DNA of 34,988 nucleotides from Bacilli bacterium (GTDB lineage Bacteria; Bacillota_I; Bacilli_A; RFN20; CAG-826): positions 1-34,988 of the forward strand of contig JAKSVL010000003.1 in NCBI GenBank assembly GCA_024407995.1. The letters are read 5' to 3'. This document shows positions 30,022 through 34,988 of this stretch, piece by piece. A program made the translations under genes and the position numbers. The stretch's first letter is position 1. Each line of letters starts with the position of its first letter. The notes under the pieces are model-generated. The model saw only the letters and a list, made by a program, of their open reading frames with translations. It ran no database searches and was not told the origin of the DNA.

Positions 30022-30050
30022 TATTGCACAAACAAATCAAATGCTATAAT
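30022..30050 (+). promoter_or_regulatory. Internal tuf promoter
   Basis: Extended -10 TGcTATAAT (30042-30050) in the fusA-tuf spacer; -35 weak. Confidence 0.6.
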
Positions 30051-30101
30051 ATGATTTCGTTGCAAAATTGTTATTAACGAAAGAAAGGAGATCTCAATTT
30101 T

Positions 30102-31286
30102 ATGGCAAAACAACATTTTGACAGAAGTAAACAACACGTCAATATTGGTACCATCGGTCACGTTGACCACGGTAAAACAACATTAACCGCCGCTATTACA
30201 TCTGTCTTAGCAAAAAAAGGTGGCGCAGTCAAAACTGATTATGCTTCAATCGACTCCGCACCAGAAGAAAAAGCTCGTGGTATTACAATCAACACCGCTC
30301 ACATCGAGTATCAAACAGAAACAAGACACTACGCTCACGTTGACTGCCCAGGACACGCTGACTACATCAAGAACATGATTACTGGTGCTGCCCAAATGGA
30401 TGGTGCTATCTTAGTCGTCGCAGGTACTGATGGTGTTATGCCACAAACACGTGAACACATCTTATTAGCCCGCCAAGTCGGTGTCCCATATATCGTCGTG
30501 TTCATTAATAAAACTGACTTAGTCGATGATCCAGAATTATTAGACTTAGTCGAAATGGATGTCCGTGAATTATTAAATTCTTATGGCTTCCCAGGTGATG
30601 ATGTTCCAGTTATCCGTGGTTCCGCAAGAGCAGCTCTTGATGGCAACGCAGAACAAGAAAAGAACATCGAAGAATTAATGGCAGCATGTGATGCTTACAT
30701 CCCAGCTCCAGCTCGTGAAAACGACAAACCATTCTTATTAGCTATCGAAGACGTCATGACAATTTCTGGTCGTGGTACAGTCGTTACAGGCCGTGTTGAA
30801 CGTGGCCAAGCTAAATTAGGCGATGCAGTTGAAATCGTCGGTATCAAACCAACAGTCAACTCCGTCATTACAGGTCTTGAATCCTTCCGTAAGATTCTTG
30901 ACTACGCCGAAGCCGGTGACAACGTTGGTGTCCTTTTAAGAGGTATCAACCGTGACCAAGTCGAACGTGGCCAAGTCTTAGCAAAACCAGGTAGTGTTAC
31001 TCCACACTCCAAATTCAAAGGTCAAGTCTACGTTTTAACAAAAGAAGAAGGTGGCCGTCATACAGCTTTCTTAAGCAACTACCGTCCACAATTCTACTTC
31101 CGTACAACCGACGTCACAGGTGTTATCACACTTCCTGCTGGTGTCGACATGGTTATGCCTGGTGATAACGTTGAACTCACAGTTGAACTCATTCACCCAA
31201 TCGCCATGGAAAAAGGTACCAAATTCTCCATCCGTGAAGGTGGCAGAACCGTTGGTGCTGGTACAGTTAGCGAAATTATTAAATAA
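30102..31286 (+). CDS. tuf: Elongation factor Tu
   Basis: [34 protein letters not shown]. Confidence 0.99.
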   Translation: MAKQHFDRSKQHVNIGTIGHVDHGKTTLTAAITSVLAKKGGAVKTDYASIDSAPEEKARGITINTAHIEYQTETRHYAHVDCPGHADYIKNMITGAAQMDGAILVVAGTDGVMPQTREHILLARQVGVPYIVVFINKTDLVDDPELLDLVEMDVRELLNSYGFPGDDVPVIRGSARAALDGNAEQEKNIEELMAACDAYIPAPARENDKPFLLAIEDVMTISGRGTVVTGRVERGQAKLGDAVEIVGIKPTVNSVITGLESFRKILDYAEAGDNVGVLLRGINRDQVERGQVLAKPGSVTPHSKFKGQVYVLTKEEGGRHTAFLSNYRPQFYFRTTDVTGVITLPAGVDMVMPGDNVELTVELIHPIAMEKGTKFSIREGGRTVGAGTVSEIIK

Positions 31287-31308
31287 TTTAACTAATCAAA
31301 CTAAATTT

Positions 31309-31340
31309 AAAGCTCACCCATTAAAAGGTGGGCTTTTATT
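31309..31340 (+). terminator. Intrinsic terminator after tuf
   Basis: AAAGCTCACC-loop-GGTGGGCTTT followed by TATT. Confidence 0.8.
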
Positions 31341-31423
31341 ATTTAAAGAATCTAAAACGATAAGAATAACAAACCTTATTTTTCAAATAAAACAATTTAT
31401 GATATATTTTTTATTAGGAAATT

Positions 31424-32572
31424 ATGAAAAAAGTTTTGCTCTCATTATTAGCCGTTGTGCCGCTAGTATCTTGTACTACGGCATCAATCCCTACAATAAA
31501 TCAATTAAAAGTGGCTTCTAAAGGCCATTTTAGCGATGCACAGTTAAATTATCTTTCTAGCGATAATTACACCGATACGACCCCATATAATGGCAATATG
31601 TCGGTATCTAAACCTTTGCCTATTAATATTTCATGGGAAAATTTAGAAAATAAAGCATATAAGATCGAAATATATCATGATCAATCATGTAATGATTCTT
31701 CATTAATTACCTCCTACGTCGTAGAAGGAAATGCTTTTGATTTTTATAATCCAGAATTTAATAAAGAATATTATGTCAAAGTAGTTTCTAAAGAGAACGA
31801 AAAAATCACCGCTCAAAGCGAGGCGGTTTCTTTCAAAGAAATTCCAGCTGTACCAGGTCCAAGAAATCTTTTTGTGGACGGCGTTGAAAACTTCCGTGAT
31901 ATTGGTGGTTGGGGTAAATTTGTTAACAATCAATATCAAACATATATGAAGCAAGGAATGCTTTATCGTTCTGGTCGTTTTAATGCAGACTCGGTAGAGC
32001 AAGTCAATGTCACGATTACTAATAACGGATTACAAGAAATCAATAATCATTTAAAAATTAAAACTGAAATTGATTTAAGAAGAACTTCCACGAATGAAGT
32101 TGGTGCTTTAACTAATAAATCTCCTTTAGGAGATAATGTGAATTATATTCAAATACCAATGGCTTTCGGTGGTAAAAACATTCTAACGTTCAAAGGCACT
32201 TTGAGTAATGATTCATATCAATATGATAATCCAAGCGCAATCAAAAACTTCTTTGAAGTACTCGCTAATGAAAATAATTATCCAATCAATTTTCATTGTT
32301 CTATTGGTAAAGATAGAACAGGCTGCATGGCTTATCTCATTGAAGGTTTGTTAGGCTTCAGTGAAAAGGATATGTGCCGGGATTATATGTTCACCAATTT
32401 TGCCGATGCTGGAATGTGCAAAATCAGCGATATTAATGATCGCTATGGTGATACTATTTCCAAATATGAAAACGGCAACACAATTAATGAAAAAATATAC
32501 AATTATTTAAACGAAGTTATCGGTGTATCTAAAGATAATCTCGATAAAATCATTAATATTTTAAAAGCATAA
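31424..32572 (+). CDS. Lipoprotein with beta-sandwich domain and PtpB-like tyrosine/lipid phosphatase domain
   Basis: Lipobox LVSC; NFRDIGGW, LYRSG, EIDLR, P-loop HCSIGKDRTG, RDY. Confidence 0.85.
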   Translation: MKKVLLSLLAVVPLVSCTTASIPTINQLKVASKGHFSDAQLNYLSSDNYTDTTPYNGNMSVSKPLPINISWENLENKAYKIEIYHDQSCNDSSLITSYVVEGNAFDFYNPEFNKEYYVKVVSKENEKITAQSEAVSFKEIPAVPGPRNLFVDGVENFRDIGGWGKFVNNQYQTYMKQGMLYRSGRFNADSVEQVNVTITNNGLQEINNHLKIKTEIDLRRTSTNEVGALTNKSPLGDNVNYIQIPMAFGGKNILTFKGTLSNDSYQYDNPSAIKNFFEVLANENNYPINFHCSIGKDRTGCMAYLIEGLLGFSEKDMCRDYMFTNFADAGMCKISDINDRYGDTISKYENGNTINEKIYNYLNEVIGVSKDNLDKIINILKA

Positions 32573-32573
32573 A

Positions 32574-33707
32574 ATGGAAGAAAATAAAGATAACATCATT
32601 GAAATTAGACCAGTTAGTAAATGGAAAAGGTTTCTCGCTTTCTTAGCGGACTTCTTTATTGCGTTTATTATCGCTTTTACTTTATTTAATTTAGCAACTT
32701 TTCCTTTAGCGAAGCTTATTTTTAATACACAAAAACAAAGTGAACAGGCTTTGGTACTAGAAAGAAAAGCCACCAACTTATTAATTAATGATGGCTATTT
32801 ATATTCGCCTGCAATGGATGCTTCGTTTGAAGATGATGTGAACTATACGTTTAAAGTGTTTTTGTCTTATTACGCTTTTGATGAAGAAACTCCAGAATCC
32901 ACTAAAGCGCAATTTGGTCACAAGATAGAAAATGAAGTAATTTTGAAATATTACAAAAATGTGATAAAAGACACAGATTTATATATAAACGACTTTAAAG
33001 AGATCAATCAAGAAGATGAAATGTTTGAAATCGGCAGTACTCTTGATGAAATCACTTTAAAAAGTGATTATAAGACCATATTAGCAAACGAACTATTAGA
33101 AGTAGTGAATGAAGATAAATATAGTGCCACAATGACCAATTTTAGAGATCATGTTTTTGCTAAACTATTCTATTTAAAAGTTTATGACCATATTCTTACT
33201 AATGATTATGTTGCTGATGGCGTTTCGTTTAAAGAGTGTTTAGAAGAGTCTAGAGACATTATGCGCTCGCTCCAATGGATTGCCACTGGAACAGCTTTAT
33301 TTACAACTTTATTAGCGTGGGCTATTTGCTTTGTTATATATCCTTTAATTAATAAAGATCATAAAACTATTGGATTAAGTGCAATGCATATTTCAAAGTT
33401 GAACTATCGCACCCTTGGACCAATCAGTCGTGGTAGTGTGATGATTCAATCATTTTATCAATTTGTGTTCTTGTTAAGTGGCAATTTATTCTTACCTATT
33501 TTGTTCTTTGGAATGTCTTATATATTTAACCTTCCTTTGCTATTTGTTTTAAGTTTAATTTCGTTTATCTTAATTCTTGTTTCAGGTCTATTTATTATCA
33601 CTAGTGGATATAACCGTAGTGGTGCTGATATATTAACAAATATCGTTTTGCTTCCTGATAGTGAAATCGATATGATGTATAGAGTTGAGGTCGATCATGG
33701 AGAATAA
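32574..33707 (+). CDS. RDD-family membrane protein with a large extracytoplasmic insertion
   Basis: KWKRFLAFLADFF N-terminal RDD motif, KTIG, RSGADIL; ~190-aa soluble loop between TM segments. Confidence 0.7.
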   Translation: MEENKDNIIEIRPVSKWKRFLAFLADFFIAFIIAFTLFNLATFPLAKLIFNTQKQSEQALVLERKATNLLINDGYLYSPAMDASFEDDVNYTFKVFLSYYAFDEETPESTKAQFGHKIENEVILKYYKNVIKDTDLYINDFKEINQEDEMFEIGSTLDEITLKSDYKTILANELLEVVNEDKYSATMTNFRDHVFAKLFYLKVYDHILTNDYVADGVSFKECLEESRDIMRSLQWIATGTALFTTLLAWAICFVIYPLINKDHKTIGLSAMHISKLNYRTLGPISRGSVMIQSFYQFVFLLSGNLFLPILFFGMSYIFNLPLLFVLSLISFILILVSGLFIITSGYNRSGADILTNIVLLPDSEIDMMYRVEVDHGE

Positions 33708-34773
33708 TCAAAAAGAAATTGAAAGGAACGAAGTAGTTAATGTCAATTACGCTCAGCCTAAATTCTGGCATCGTGTGATGGCAAACTTTGTTGACTTCTT
33801 TTTATTCATTCTTCTTTTTCTTTCTGCCTTCATCGGTATGCGTACGATAGCTTTGAACATTCCTTCCTATCAAGCGGTAGAGAAAAAGATAAATGATATA
33901 CAAATAGCGTCAGGTATGTATGTTAAAGATCCTAACGATTCTAGCAAAAATATTGATACCGTGTATTATTTAGACCGCTACGTTAGTCTTTATGGTAATG
34001 AATTTGATGGTGTAGGAGAAGATGGAGGAGCGCCAACTGGTAAAATTGGTATCATTGTTTCTTCTATTAATAAGTTAATTAATTATTGCGGTGATGAATC
34101 GGTCACTCCAAAAGAGAGATATTTAGAGCTTGTTAGCTACTATGATAACATGCGTTTAGAAGCGATAACTGATGACGGTGTCCATTATTTTGTTAAAGAT
34201 GGCGAAAATATCATCCCTAATGAAACACTCGCAGGATCTGCAGAAAAAAGACAACTTTATTACAAAAATGTCTATGTTCCTATTGTCGAAAAAAGATGTA
34301 TCCCATTTTTGGAAAGCAACGTGACTGAATATCGCGAATCTTATCGCACTGAATTTAATTATTTGGTTTTCTTTGAGCTACCAGTATCATATGTTATTGC
34401 CGCTATTCTTGTTTACTATATTCCACCTTTAATTATGAGAAGAGGCAGGATGACATTAGGCAAAGCACTCTATCGAATTGGCCTTGTTGATGATCGTGTT
34501 TTATCACCAACTTTCTGGCGCTTTACTGTACGTTTTCTTATCTTATTAGTTGGTGAATTTATCCTTTCATTATTCACATTTGGTTTACCCTTCATTATCT
34601 CATTCTCGCTAATGGCGTTTTCTAAGAAAAAACAAGGCTTCCCAGATTACATGCTTCACCTATATGAAATCGATGCATCTAAGGCAAATATCTATATGGA
34701 TTATGTTGAAGCCGCTCTTAAAAATGAGCTTCATGGTGATGCCGTTGACTTCTCAATGGAAAAGCCATTATAA
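33697..34773 (+). CDS. RDD-family membrane protein with a large extracytoplasmic insertion
   Basis: FWHRVMANFVDFF, RMTLGKALYRI, RF, QGFPDY; ATG 33697 after GAGG, overlapping the upstream gene. Confidence 0.75.
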   Translation: MENNQKEIERNEVVNVNYAQPKFWHRVMANFVDFFLFILLFLSAFIGMRTIALNIPSYQAVEKKINDIQIASGMYVKDPNDSSKNIDTVYYLDRYVSLYGNEFDGVGEDGGAPTGKIGIIVSSINKLINYCGDESVTPKERYLELVSYYDNMRLEAITDDGVHYFVKDGENIIPNETLAGSAEKRQLYYKNVYVPIVEKRCIPFLESNVTEYRESYRTEFNYLVFFELPVSYVIAAILVYYIPPLIMRRGRMTLGKALYRIGLVDDRVLSPTFWRFTVRFLILLVGEFILSLFTFGLPFIISFSLMAFSKKKQGFPDYMLHLYEIDASKANIYMDYVEAALKNELHGDAVDFSMEKPL

Positions 34774-34817
34774 GACACCTTTATAAATAAAAATATGCGC
34801 GCTACACGCATACGCAT

Positions 34818-34847
34818 TTGACAATTTTCATATTTAAGTCATATAAT
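34818..34847 (+). promoter_or_regulatory. Consensus sigma-A promoter
   Basis: TTGACA (34818-34823), 18-bp spacer, TATAAT (34842-34847). Confidence 0.75.
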
Positions 34848-34879
34848 ACTTATGTATTAATTGTATAAGGCGGCTACAT

Positions 34880-34988
34880 ATGAAACATCTTGTCAAAACA
34901 ATGTCGCGTTTCTTGTTACTAGGGCTCACTGTCGGCTGTGGCTTTCTTGCGTTATCTAGAAATAATCAAACTATCGCTCCTGCCCTAG
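34880..34988 (+). CDS. 5' fragment of a probable secreted protein (runs off the window)
   Basis: AAGGCGG SD; open frame MKHLVKTMSRFLLLGLTVGCGFLALSRNNQTIAPAL with signal-peptide character. Confidence 0.6.
   Translation, partial: MKHLVKTMSRFLLLGLTVGCGFLALSRNNQTIAPAL

Noticed and set aside
1-34988. Genetic code 4 (TGA=Trp)
   Set aside because: Long conserved genes are intact under code 11, and TGA terminates smpB and plsX at the expected lengths

Overview
Low-GC Bacillota chromosome segment using the standard bacterial code (TGA ends smpB and plsX; Trp is TGG). By inference it comes from a reduced, Mollicutes-related Bacilli lineage such as RF39/RFN20. The core is the transcription/translation cluster rpmG-secE-nusG / rplK-rplA-rplJ-rplL-ybxB-rpoB-rpoC / rpsL-rpsG-fusA-tuf. 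It is interrupted by an inverted ktrBA K+ uptake pair, by plsX plus an ACP gene, and by two paralogous lipoprotein PTP-like (CX5R) phosphatases that flank the str operon. The left end holds the most unusual locus: a three-gene amino-sugar operon with an XRE-HTH::GlmM fusion, an acetyltransferase-only GlmU-like protein and NagB, with a candidate XRE operator next to its promoter. It is followed by CarD, a HAD hydrolase, a sirtuin, an O-antigen-ligase-like protein, smpB, folC and a folate ECF S-component. Notable non-coding signals are an exact 18-bp direct repeat flanking the rpsL promoter, a perfect 18-bp palindrome upstream of ktrB, and L1 and L10 leaders. RpoB carries the Mollicutes-type H526N substitution. 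I saw no tRNA, rRNA, CRISPR array or mobile element.
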